DNA of 63,903 nucleotides, filler included, from Octopus bimaculoides (Eukaryota): NCBI RefSeq assembly GCF_001194135.2. It is 4 parts of 4 records of this genome, joined end to end, with 100 filler letters (N's around TTAATTAATTAA, not from the genome) between each part and the next. Parts side by side here need not be neighbours in the genome. Positions count along the whole stretch, not along the records: positions 1 to 28,147 come from NC_068983.1; 3 more parts are not named here. One strand, 5' to 3'. Shown piece by piece: positions 13,601 to 24,649 of this stretch (position 1 is its first letter; each line of letters starts with the position of its first letter). The notes under the pieces were generated by a model. It saw only the letters and a program-made list of their open reading frames with translations, ran no database searches and was not told where the DNA came from. The position numbers and the translations under genes were made by a program.

Positions 13601-16550
13601 TACCCAAAGCCAAGAACTTTTCAGCATCCCTCGTATGTATGTATGTATAAGAATGTGTAAGTCGGTTCTGATTTGAAGGGTTCCAAATGATCCGATGAGC
13701 GAAATAGCTGCTCGTGAAATTAACGTGCAAGTCGTTGAGGTACCCACAGAAGCGTGTACACTTAACGTAGTACTCAGGGAAATTCAGCGTGACTGCGCAT
13801 GTGACAAGGCTGTCTATTAGAATTACAGGTACTACTCATCTTTGCCAGTTGAGTGAATCGGAGCAATGTGAAATAAGGTGTCTTGCTCAAGGACACAACG
13901 CACCGCCAGGAATTGAACTCGCATTACGATCGTGAACCGAATACACTAACGACTTAGACACGGAATAGATACCTAGATAGATATGTATGATTTCATATGT
14001 ATATGTGTAGGCGTGTAGAAAAACATTCTGTTTTAATTCGTACTGGATTGTATCCGGCTACACCGAATGAATATGCGTTTCCACTTTCTATCTAATATCT
14101 CCTGATTTCTGGCTATATATTTATATACTATAGAATCATTCTCTCTTGAATATGCTGTATAAATATTTTATCAATTAATTGTATGCCTTGCCACTGCATG
14201 TTCATATTTCATTCTATTATTCATAAACCAACTCGACCACTAAGTTGCCAATATCAAACAATTGTTTCTTGTGGAACCTGCTTCTCAGAACGCTGGCTGT
14301 TGTTGAAACGAATCCATGTTTCATCATACGATGCAAAAATGGTTCGTTTTTATACTCTGACAGCAATGAACAGCACGTTTAAAGACGAAGTGTCATTTGA
14401 GATTCCTTCGGTTCGTGTGGTACCCACTTGTCTAGCTTCTTTACCATGCCGATTTGTTTCAGATGGTCCAATACTGTTCGAATCGAATTATTAAACCTTG
14501 CTGCTAATTCAGGCGTACTGTGAGATGTATCCGCTTCCAGTACAGTTTCCAGCTCATCATTATCCACCATAGTCTCAGGTTCACCACAGGGCTGATTTTC
14601 AATAGTAAAGTACCAGAAGGGAACTACTCAAACCATTGACGTACAGTTCACTCATTCACCACATATTCACCAAACACCTCATTGATGTTTGGATCTGTCT
14701 GGAATGCATTGATCTATCCATGGGTTAACAAAAATTGATTAACAAGTGAAAACTTGCAACATAATCAGTCACTATGAATTGCATTTCGAAAATTCATGAT
14801 ATAACTCTTTAATGTAAAAGAATTATCAGGATAAAACCTTAGAGTTCACAACTGTCAAACTTGATGTATAAGAAAATTGGACATTTCATTTTTAATGACT
14901 TGATTTAAATATATATGTATGTATATATATATANNNNNNNNNNNNNNNNNNNNNNNNNNNNNNNNNNNNNNNNNNNNNNNNNNNNNNNNNNNNNNNNNNN
15001 NNNNNNNNNNNNNNNNNNNNNNNNNNNNNNNNNNNNNNNNNNNNNNNNNNNNNNNNNNNNNNNNNNNNNNNNNNNNNNNNNNNNNNNNNNNNNNNNNNNN
15101 NNNNNNNNNNNNNNNNNNNNNNNNNNNNNNNNNNNNNNNNNNNNNNNNNNNNNNNNNNNNNNNNNNNNNNNNNNNNNNNNNNNATATATGTGTCGGTTAA
15201 TATATATATCGGTATATTTATGTGTATGCGTCTGTATGTTTAGTGCATATATGTATATTATAGATGTTTTGGTATGTGTATACACTGCGAAGTGTATACG
15301 TAATTTAGAATGATTTTTTTTTTAATTGGATATAACTTTTAATGCATCACTTGATTAATATTTTACAGCTATGTTTTTACCCTGAGTATTTAGGTTCTGT
15401 TCTTCTTTATAAGCTATTTTTGATTTAATGCGTTCTTCTATTTTTTTATAAGATGACTTTATACCGAAATTTGTTATTGCATGCAACATGTCGTTGAAAG
15501 GACCAACGAAACAAAACCATTTCCATATGTGTATTTACTGAACTAATTGTATATTTTTGCTTATAACTTTATTTTTGTTCCATTCTAAACAAAACTGTCC
15601 GACGAACGGGAACGTGAAACTCTGAGTAACAGTTTTTGCGATATTTTTGCTGCTTTTCGTAAAGCACATTACTCTACCTCTAATATTCGAGTACTATGTT
15701 TCCCACCTCGTTTCGCATTTATGTGCTCGCTCTCGTATATTTACGTATATATNNNNNNNNNNNNNNNNNNNNNNNNNNNNNNNNNNNNNNNNNNNNNNNN
15801 NNNNNNNNNNNNNNNNNNNNNNNNNNNNNNNNNNNNNNNNNNNNNNNNNNNNNNNNNNNNNNNNNNNNNNNNNNNNNNNNNNNNNNNNNNNNNNNNNNNN
15901 NNNNNNNNNNNNNNNNNNNNNNNNNNNNNNNNNNNNNNNNNNNNNNNNNNNNNNNNNNNNNNNNNNNNNNNNNNNNNNNNNNNNNNNNNNNNNNNNNNNN
16001 NNNNNNNNNNNNNNNNNNNNNNNNNNNNNNNNNNNNNNNNNNNNNNNNNNNNNNNNNNNNNNNNNNNNNNNNNNNNNNNNNNNNNNNNNNNNNNNNNNNN
16101 NNNNNNNNNNNNNNNNNNNNNNNNNNNNNNNNNNNNNNNNNNNNNNNNNNNNNNNNNNNNNNNNNNNNNNNNNNNNNNNNNNNNNNNNNTATGTTAAATT
16201 CAAATTACGACAAACGTAAATAAACAAACGAAGCTTGCTTTTAGAAGCGTTGAGATGTCTTTTAGAAAGTTAAAGAAGTGATTTTAAATTCTCAATCGCA
16301 GAATAATGCTAATAATATAGCCTGAACAGGATAAACTATCCATATTTTGCAGAGAAAAGTGTAGGTGGCTAGCTGTCCACAGCTAGCCACCTACACTTTA
16401 TATTCCTACATGCATATGCAGATATAATTATACATATGCAAATATAATTGTACATATACATATGTATATACATGTGCATATATATAAATATATATTTATG
16501 CGTGTTTGCGTGCATGCATGTGTAGAATTATATTTACACACACACGTACA

Positions 16551-16601
<51 letters not shown>

Positions 16602-17089
16602 TCTTGTACACATAGGTACACAGAATGGGATGAAGGACAGATGTCATTTTCTGTCGCATCGGCCGACCTATATTGTGCAAATAGAATGTCTGCAAAATAA
16701 CAGTATAGAATCATTTCAGATGTATTAGATTATATCTGTAATTCAATCGCCCAACCTAGTCAAGCATTGACGTACGTTGAATCTGGCTGACAATGATATT
16801 AAGTTAACGTATCTCTACTATGCATACTACGGTAATGAACAACGAATTGATTGGACCGAACAACTGAATATTTAAACTGGAAACGAGATTCAGCCAGTCA
16901 TCGATACACACACTCATACACGCACACGAATGCAACACAGACACACACACAGACACACACACACACACAAAAATACATGAATACACACACGTATACACAG
17001 TTGCACGCACACTCACACACGCACATACACATATATATATATATATATACATATCTATATACGTATATATACATGTCTATGTATGTATG

Positions 17090-17124
<35 letters not shown>

Positions 17125-17509
17125 NNNNNNNNNNNNNNNNNNNNNNNNNNNNNNNNNNNNNNNNNNNNNNNNNNNNNNNNNNNNNNNNNNNNNNNNNNNN
17201 NNNNNNNNNNNNNNNNNNNNNNNNNNNNNNNNNNNNNNNNNNNNNNNNNNNNNNNNNNNNNNNNNNNNNNNNNNNNNNNNNNNNNNNNNNNNNNNNNNNN
17301 NNNNNNNNNNNNNNNNNNNNNNNNNNNNNNNNNNNNNNNNNNNNNNNNNNNNNNNNNNNNNNNNNNNNNNNNNNNNNNNNNNNNNNNNNNNNNNNNNNTA
17401 ACATTGTGATGACAAGGGAACATCAGTAGCTTACAACTGTTTCTGGTGTAGGATGCAGTAGAGTCATAATTCAGTGCGTGATTATCACCTTTTCGCTTCA
17501 TCACCCAAA

Positions 17510-17546
<37 letters not shown>

Positions 17547-20500
17547 TAGTCCTTGAATCCAGACCCCAAAATTCCTTTATCAGTACCACATGGTGTGAAT
17601 ATTTCTTATGGATATTTTTGACATGCTATATGTCTCTAGTTTATACTTATGTATTGTAGCCTTGTGAGAATGGTAGCTTAATAGTAGTTATCACATCATA
17701 AATAGTCATACCCTTCATAAGAAACCGCAAACAAAAAATTCACAAGCGTCTTTTATTTTCACTATTGCAAGGGCGAAGAAATGATCCACAGATCAGAATA
17801 TAATCTAGATTTGTGTATACCTAATAAAAAATTACATAATTCATATGTATGATATGTCTTGAACATAAAACCAAACATAACGCATGAATCTCGTTCCTTT
17901 TCCCTATGTGAAGACAACAATACTGCCGCTGTGAAAGATTGTATCAATTGGTTTCAAGTCACCAAAGATTTTCTAGTAGTATAGCAGCTGCAGCTTAGCC
18001 ATGTTCTGGATCTGCCACGGGTAACCAGTATAACTTGAAGCTAATCATCGTGGTCACCCTCAGAATCCGTCACTTCTAATTTTGGCTCTCTGTCTCCGAA
18101 TTCAGGAGCTTCATTGTCTCATGTTTGTAGCTTACACATGTCTGTACACTTCAAGCCATTGCTGAGGCAGCTGCATGCTGGTAATTTGCAGGACGCACAC
18201 ATTTGCAGGACAAATGGTGAAGAGCATCGTCCGATGCAGGTGAGCCGCGTATCCAAGTCGTAGCGAGATCACTCTCCTCTTCTAATGTCCAATCACAGTC
18301 GATGAGGCTTGGATAGAAACGTTAGGCTTGTAGATATCTTCTCCGGATGGCTGCTTGATAGTTCGCACAGAGAGCAGGCATGAACAGGCAGTCCTCACAT
18401 ACAGGCAGTTGACACGACTCAATATCTCCACGTCGAGTGCAAAAGAGCTGGTATCGAAGTTTATTTACTTCAGTTGTTGAAGTAGAAGGTATGCATATTT
18501 CGTATGCTATCATCTCAAGCTTTTGAAGCAGTTCAGGAGATACATCTCAAGACGATCCCAGTTCACTGAAGACTTCTTAGAAGGTCTTGTTGTATTTCAT
18601 CTATTTGAAGGTTGTCAGTTTTCCATGGCCAGCAAAGGCATGAGAGTATAACAGACTGAATGCATGCATGCCAATAAAAGCATCAAAGATGCTATCTCCC
18701 AGTGCTTCGATCAGTTTCTTAATGTCAAGTAAGCGCGTTCTGTTCTTTGTACCACTGTTCGGGTACAGCGAGCATGGGATTTTGCTACAGAACCCCAGGC
18801 ACAAAATCAGAACATCATTATCCTCAGCACTGATGATAACAGCTGCACTGCCTGACTCAGCCACATGAAGTGTGTGGAGCAGGAATCGCGTGTCAACTCC
18901 TTGTGGTAACTGTAACTAAGAGACCTGCTCCTACCTTTCTGTCGTGCTCTAGAAGCAGAGGTCGTCACATATTACAAAAACACTTTCTCCCCAGTTTTAC
19001 TCTGTATGTTGGTCCCTTCTATTCATCCACCAGGACCTTTCTGAGACTTGTTTTGTTGGGAGGACTGTTGAGCAACTTACACCATTGCTGGGTAGTGTTC
19101 TCAGGTGCTATGCTTCTGAACTGGTTTCCTGTTTCTGGTCCTCTGTTAATACTTTCTGAATGTTCATGGATATTTCCTTGTAAGCATCAAAGACAACATC
19201 AATATGATGATTCTGGGCTCCTTCGCGGATTACGTGTCATGAATGAATCTGAGATCTGCAAGAAGGTCTTTTCCTTTTCTTTCAGTTTCTGGAACATTCT
19301 CATCCCATCAATAACTTTTGCTGACGGACTTGGAAGAATCTCTGCCGGGGCAACATTCTTCTCCAACTCTCTCTCTAGGGATGCTTTGTTGGTCTTATGA
19401 AGAGTCCCGTCACCATTGGCAAGTGCAAATGGTAGAGGGAACGAAGGCATTATGTAGCTTTCTGCTACAAGGATCATGTGACAATGCAAGTCTTGTTCAA
19501 ATTTCTTCATCTTCTATTTAGCATGCTATAACCAAGCAGTAATGATTTGTTGATCAGTACCAGCACTTTCACCAGAAAGAATCGGACGTTTAATTGCGTA
19601 TCTCTGCTTAAATCTATGAAGCCAACCATTGCAATAAGTTGCATCTTTTATATTCAATTCTGGACCAAGTTTTTAGCTTGTTTCTTAAGATTTCATCTGT
19701 TATAACATCGTTATTAGTACGAATACTAGTAAACCATAAAAAAGAGCTTCTAAATCTGTGTGTTTGGCGGATTTTCGACATTTTGCTTCTGGATCTTCGA
19801 TAATTTTCCACTTATCTTTCCACTGAATGATGTCAGTAGTTTGATATTTTCTTCCCATGCATTACTGAAATAATCTGGAATACTTTGTTGACTAGCTTTT
19901 GGGTGAATTTCATGATATTTAATAACTTCTCGTTTCTGTGATACTGTAATGGCAGAGCGTTTGCGTTTACATGAAACAACGTTCATGTTGAAAAATGATA
20001 TCAAGAAGAAAATAATTTCTTTTATAAACTTGTTCAATAAAACAAAAAATAGATTATGACCCACATTTATGAGCAGGGAATATCAACTTATCGTTGTTAG
20101 TACATGCTAAATCGATTAAATGCTCTACTTTCCCAGTATTGCTATTGTCTGTTAGCGTGCTTGACTTGAAGGTCCGGGTCCTCTAGATTTCTATCATGTA
20201 TGTATGTTTATAAATGCTTTTCAAATATGACAAAATTGTTTGAGCGGTAAATTTGTTGTGATTTGGCAGTAAATCGAGTGGAGTTTTATGCTATTAAGGA
20301 ACGTTCGTGTTGAAAATTGTATTAGCAAATGGCGGACATCGAGGGACAAAAATTGGGAGAATTAAACGTTAGTTAACAACATAGGCGAAAATCGGGTCTG
20401 AATAATTTTGTGGCCGTAAGCGGCGTTGACGGAAAACCGAGGTGGCATAAGAGCGAGTGTAGACAGTACATAATTCTATTGAAGCTTTCGTTTTTGCAGA

Positions 20501-21386
20501 AAATATGATCATTATTACTTAACCTATCATTGTAATTGTGTACGTACTTGGGAATGTTAACAGCAAATTGGTCCTCGACGAAAGAAGTAATATGCTGATT
20601 ACAATAACAGAAATTTGACTTTAACTGAAAGTTTTTCCGACATTTGTGTTCAGGCATTTTCTAATGCACATTTCTTGCAGATTTACAAATGTTAATGTAG
20701 ATTAAAAAAACAAAAACAAAAAAGTAATGTTGAAATTTGAAGTGCGTTATTTCTTCATAAATGGTAGATAAAACGTGATACTTTTTAACCGTTATTCGAA
20801 GTTGCAACATATTGACGGAAACAGTCGAATATTGCTGAAAGCGATTGGTAATATATATTACATAATTTGAAATATAATTGATAAAATAATGGTTTTAAAA
20901 TATGATTATAATAAAATCTAACGAACATTTTTTATTCTAAAATAAAGAAACAATAAAATATAACTAGATTATTTGATGATACGGTTAATTTAAATAAATT
21001 GCTACTTTCAATATCTGGTCTTTTAAAGGCAACGAGATGGCAGATATTTCATCTGTCTTGATGTTCTGAGTTCAAATTCCGTCGGAGTCCACTTTGCCTT
21101 TCATCATTTCGAGGTTGATAAAATAAGTACCAGTAATCGACTTACCTGCTCTACTGAATCTGCTGACATTGTGTCAAAATTTCAAACCAATATATTCAGA
21201 AGAACAATAATAAATATAATGCTAACTTAACCAGCAAAAATATATGATGTGATAGAGACACATCTATACCCATTTTTAAATTAAAGATATTATTTACAAT
21301 ATTTTTTTGTCTCCACAAGTCAAATGCCATTTTGTTTAGGACTATTAACAGGAATGAAGAAAGCAGCATGCCGTTTAGGAGAATAA
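3760..21386 (+). CDS. Predicted multi-micro-exon gene, 275-aa putative secreted protein of unknown family (manual model, 18 coding exons)
   Basis: Exons: 3760-3826, 4129-4159, 4348-4408, 6286-6325, 6493-6521, 6600-6648, 6776-6804, 8144-8188, 9037-9080, 9435-9507, 10061-10135, 10260-10272, 12675-12720, 15369-15385, 15453-15528, 20500-20539, 20802-20847, 21340-21386. All introns are GT-AG and all phases match. Total 828 nt = 275 aa + TAA. Start context AAACCATGG; N-terminus MEFLYSLVIYILAIPVICG; AATAAA at 21500. Exons 2, 8, 12 and 14 are the weakest calls. Confidence 0.5.
6270..6276 (+). promoter_or_regulatory. Splice branch-point consensus TACTAAC
   Basis: Exact TACTAAC shortly upstream of the AG at 6284-6285. 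Confidence 0.55.
6286..6804 (+). CDS. Best-supported core of the gene model: four consecutive small exons (LNISEILTDDKDL/VQERNFKVSY/QILYSNYANLRLPKLN/VTFTCKQISA)
   Basis: Exons of 40, 29, 49 and 29 nt with phases 0-1-0-1-0. Donors GTAATG, GTATGC, GTAAAA, GTAAGT. AG acceptors, T-rich before the first three exons. Introns 167, 78 and 127 nt. Confidence 0.65.
6950..7640 (+). mobile_element. Penelope-like element 3' end (GIY-YIG C-terminus plus hammerhead-bearing tail)
   Basis: ORF 7026-7418 MYTIECNKRNKSYVGSTAKPLQVRIKEN...LRIKEAILIHRLGPQINNKRE carries the GIY-YIG motifs Y-x-I, YVG-x-T, R-x-x-E, KEA and IN. Confidence 0.85.
7598..7636 (+). ncRNA. Minimal type I hammerhead ribozyme motif, intact core
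   Basis: Stem I GATAT/ATATC; core CTGAAGA plus extra A; stem II GGAAT-TTG-ATTCC; GAAA; palindromic ATAT stem III; AUC cleavage triplet ending at 7631. Confidence 0.8.
10925..12320 (-). mobile_element. Decayed R4/Dong-like LINE 3' half, interrupted by a SINE
   Basis: Minus-strand translations KIWSSE..NK..FSVPILIPTSGLLDWTLDEIRVIDVKSRKIL..FHINSDV, AFAMQEQEI*TKYL, CRHCEVNTEDVTHIMSSC (CCHC), TQLLRNLQLLCPDY*LSFISIITGALEHV (RLE region). Confidence 0.85.
11690..11826 (+). mobile_element. SINE family B fragment nested in the LINE
   Basis: gaggtcgactttgcctttcatcctttcggg...atcgactag matches the body of 22372-22605. Confidence 0.7.
13435..13634 (+). mobile_element. Mariner-type transposon 3' terminus
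   Basis: Ends ...ttacccaaagccaagaacttttcagcatccctcgta (TA-flanked TIR). Homologous to 56110-56250 and 62880-63085. Confidence 0.6.
13650..13965 (-). mobile_element. tRNA-derived SINE, family C
   Basis: The plus strand reads gtgtcttgctcaaggacacaacgc...ggaattgaactc, the reverse complement of a B-box-bearing head and core. cttaacgtagtactcagggaaattcagcgtgac is the body. Confidence 0.55.
14200..14790 (-). mobile_element. Mariner transposase fragment (HTH to first catalytic region)
   Basis: VDNDELETVLEADTSHSTPELAARFNNSIRTVLDHLKQIGMVKKLDKWVPHE; NEPFLHR; DETWIRF. Confidence 0.85.
15591..15636 (+). ncRNA. Minimal type I hammerhead motif with U4C core substitution
   Basis: Stem I AAAACTGT/ACAGTTTT (8 bp); core CCGACGA; stem II ACG-GGAA-CGT; GAAA; stem III ACTC-T-GAGT; GUA triplet. 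Confidence 0.7.
18041..19500 (-). mobile_element. Decayed AcademX-type DNA transposon, C-terminal part (XPG/FEN1-like nuclease plus Cys8 finger)
   Basis: HMILVAES..LPFALANGDGTLHKTNKASLERELEKNV..KVIDGM; AVIISAEDNDVLILCL; FIGMHAF..SHAFAGHGKL (H3TH-like); EVNKLRYQLFC..ESCQLPVCEDCL..ANYQAAI; SCKCVR/CKLPACSCLSNGLKCTDMCKLQT. XPG plus Cys8 is the known AcademX architecture. Confidence 0.7.
19520..19990 (-). mobile_element. pogo/Tigger transposase N-terminus (psq and CENP-B HTH)
   Basis: KRKRSAITVSQKREVIKYHEIHPKASQQSI; FLWFTSIRTNNDVITDEILRNK; ASNGW..RFKQRYAIKRPILSGESAG. Confidence 0.8.
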
Positions 21387-21499
21387 TTTCTATTATGTTA
21401 ACCGCAACAAAGATGAGTGAGCATGTTGGAAAATCGTTAAATATTTACTTATATACGACTCGAATATTTCTTTATGTATTGTTTCGCGTAAATACATTT

Positions 21500-21505
21500 A
21501 ATAAA
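21500..21505 (+). promoter_or_regulatory. Putative polyadenylation signal of the predicted gene
   Basis: AATAAA 114 nt after the TAA at 21384-21386. The motif is common in AT-rich DNA. Confidence 0.35.
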
Positions 21506-22371
21506 TATGAGCAGCGTCAATTGCAAAGCGGGTAGTTACAATGTATAACTAATACAGAGGATTATATTCCGAATATTAGACGAAATGAAAACAAACTTTC
21601 TTACTGATTTCTTGATTTAAAGTGCAAGCATTGCTGGCAATAAATCTCTGGATATACGTGTTTTTGTGTTTAGTTATTAAGTTTCTTTCTGTATTTGTGT
21701 ACTTTCAAAAGAAATAAAGAATTACATACAGCTGCACAAATCAAGAATGCAGTCAGCAGCCAAGGTCAAATATACGTCGGTTGGCAAACAGACTTACAAT
21801 GATGCAATAACCTACATATCGCTGTTGCAGAGTATCTTATCAGATTGACTTGTAAGTTAATATTTCAGGCTAAGCTACTAATATGTTGCATTCAAAATCC
21901 GCGTTTCATTGATTCGAGTGTATTTAGATTTCTATCGTAAACATTGATCAATTCTCGTATATAAATATGTATTTTGGTACATTTCCATTCTTGCTTTATT
22001 TTTAGCCCGATATATCCGCTCAATATCTAAACCGTTTTTGCTTCCTCATTCACTTCCAATCTATCTGATTATCTTTTCGATCATTTTCATATATTACTTC
22101 CAATTTAATTATTTCTCTCATCCTCTCATAGTCGTTCTCGCACGTATTATCTTCACTTCGGTGTATCTTCCTGAACCCCTCCCTACTCTTCTTTATCAAA
22201 ATCACATTTCTTTTCTGTAAACATACTAAATATATTTCCTCTTTTTTTTCATCGTTATATTCGGCATTACTCTCCTACTTATTCTTGACGTGAATATTGT
22301 TTTAGTGGATAGCTATAAGTACAATGATGTCGGCTTTGTTTTTGTTATGAAGCTAATATTCTCGCTAATTA

Positions 22372-22605
22372 AGGCGTAGAGCTGGCAGAATCGTTAGCAC
22401 GCCGGACGAAATGCTTAGCGGTATTTCCTCTGCCGCTACGTTCTGAGTTCAAATTCCACCGAGATTGACTTTGCCGTTCATCTTTTTCGGGGTCGATTAA
22501 ATAAGTACCAGTTACGCACTAGGGTCGATGTAATAGACTTAATCCTTTTGTCTTTGCTTGTCCTCTGTATGTTTAGCCCTCTGTGGGCAATAAAGAAATA
22601 AATAT
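22372..22605 (+). mobile_element. Near full-length tRNA-derived SINE, family B
   Basis: A-box-like agctggcagaatcgttagc, B-box-like gagttcaaattcc, body gactttgcc..ggggtcgattaaataagtaccag, A-rich tail. Related partial copies at 21025-21190(+) and 22690-22830(-). Confidence 0.75.
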
Positions 22606-23029
22606 TCTCGCTAATTGTTTTATGTTCTGTTTATATATAATGTTGTACCTTTTCCACGATACTCTCAAAATATTGGTTTCAGGTATTGACACAAAGACAG
22701 TAATTTCGAGAGAGGTGTGTAGTCGTTTACATGGATCCCGTACCACCTGGTAATTATTTTATCGAGCCCTAAAGAATGAAATTCAAAGTGAACCTCGGCG
22801 GAATTTGAACTCTGTTTACGGTATCTTTTCAATTGACGCCGCAAAATCTTTTCTGAAATGTCACGATTTTCTTGACTTAGTATGCTATCAGTTGGTAATT
22901 GACTGTATGTAGTCAAAGAAACAGAGACTACCCTGCGGTAAGATGAGAGACGCGTAATGCTTACGTTGCTACGTGCTATCTAAGTCGATCATAGTTTATA
23001 TGAATTACTTTGCATCTTACTACTAATGA

Positions 23030-23037
23030 GGGAGACA

Positions 23038-23073
<36 letters not shown>

Positions 23074-23079
23074 TCATCG

Positions 23080-23117
<38 letters not shown>

Positions 23118-23450
23118 GTCATCATCATCATCGCCTTCTCCATCTCCATTCCCAAACCACTGTCATGAAAATAGATGCAGTTGATGATGATCTCGATCAC
23201 GATCATGTTGATGATGATGATGATGATGACAACCAGGATCATGTTGATATTGACGACGACGGCGAAGACGATGATGACGACGATGATGACGACGATGATG
23301 ACGACGATGATGACGATGATGAAGAAAACAAATACGATGATGATAAGGAGGGGGAGAAGGATGAGTTGGAAAAAGAAGATGAGGAGGATGAAAAGGAAAA
23401 TCTTTTTAGGGATGATAATGTTAGGGATGATAATAATGGGGAGACGTGAC
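23030..23450. repeat. (CGT)n/(CAT)n/(GAT)n trinucleotide arrays
   Basis: Directly visible simple repeats. They generate the spurious poly-M and poly-D ORFs. Confidence 0.95.
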
Positions 23451-23941
23451 GAATTGACAAGGAGGTCATTAGTGCAAAGTGCCCTGACCTATACAGAGAG
23501 ATAAAATGTCAATTTTTTTTCAAGACTATAAAATATCTTAGTATTGTAGATCTCTCAATATTTCGTGAGACGTGTTCGTGATTCCAATGGAATCCATATT
23601 ATGCCTTAATATATATAGTCCATAAACAAGCGTAGCTAAACGATGAAAATCGTGATAATATAAAAGAATGCGCATGGAGTTTATGGCTATAGAGACAATA
23701 GTTATGTGTGGAATATATAAACAGTCAATGCAAGTGCAAAGCCTGCGTCGGTGTATATTACAATCATAACGAACCTATTCATCCTAATGCTTATATTGAT
23801 GACGTCAATAGAGAACTCAAAAACCTTTAGGATGATTGCTTTTTGTATGGCATCTACACACTTATTTCAATTTTTTTTCTTTACCTTGTCATGCATATTT
23901 ATATTTTACCTATATTTTATCTCCAAGAAAAATGCATTAAA

Positions 23942-24230
23942 GCTGGTTTCAAATTTGGCACAAGGCCAGCAATTTCGGAGGAGGGACTAAATCGATTACA
24001 TCGACATTAGTACTCAATTTGTACTTAATTTATCGACCCCGAAATGGATGAAAGGCAAAGTTGACCCCAGCGGATTTTTGAACGAAGAAAGTAAAGACGA
24101 GCGAAATGCCATTAACCATTTTGCTCGACATGCTAACGCTTCTGCCAGTTCACCGCCTTATATGACGAGGAAAATGCCGTTAATCATTTTGTGCAACGGG
24201 CTAATGATTCTGCTAGCTCCTCCGTCTTAG
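23942..24230 (-). mobile_element. SINE family B with tandemly duplicated head
   Basis: Reverse complement of the family B body, followed by two successive head-like units (24097-24155 and about 24165-24228). Confidence 0.6.
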
Positions 24231-24649
24231 AAAGGTATTAAAATCCATAGCACTACTAACTCAACATACTGCAGCTACTATTGATTTCAATTTTGTATTT
24301 TCAAAAAGAGGTGAAATCGTAAATGCATCTCTACAAAGCTAGTAATACCAGAGCTGACGCCTTCATTCTAAAGTACAGCGATTCTATAGACAGTTGAAAT
24401 CTTATATATCTATATATTTGTCTACTCACTTATAGACTATACATTGCGTACATTATATTCTCCGGGGTTCCGAGATGATATCTCAACAAGTTTCTGTACT
24501 GCAACTAGCAGTGTTGCCTGAAGACAAGCAGTGGAATCACGGATATGCTCGAAATTGCTAGTGGAGTGAGACAGCGCTGCACCTTGTCGCTGTTTCTTTA
24601 CTCATAATGATTGACTGCATCGTACTAAAGAAATCATACTAAAGAAACG

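Noticed and set aside
22372-22460. SINE heads resembling tRNA genes (A/B-box-like motifs)
   Set aside because: They form no cloverleaf and continue directly into SINE bodies.
23165-23449. Acidic D/E-rich ORF
   Set aside because: It is a translation of a degenerate (GAT)n array with no splice or domain support.
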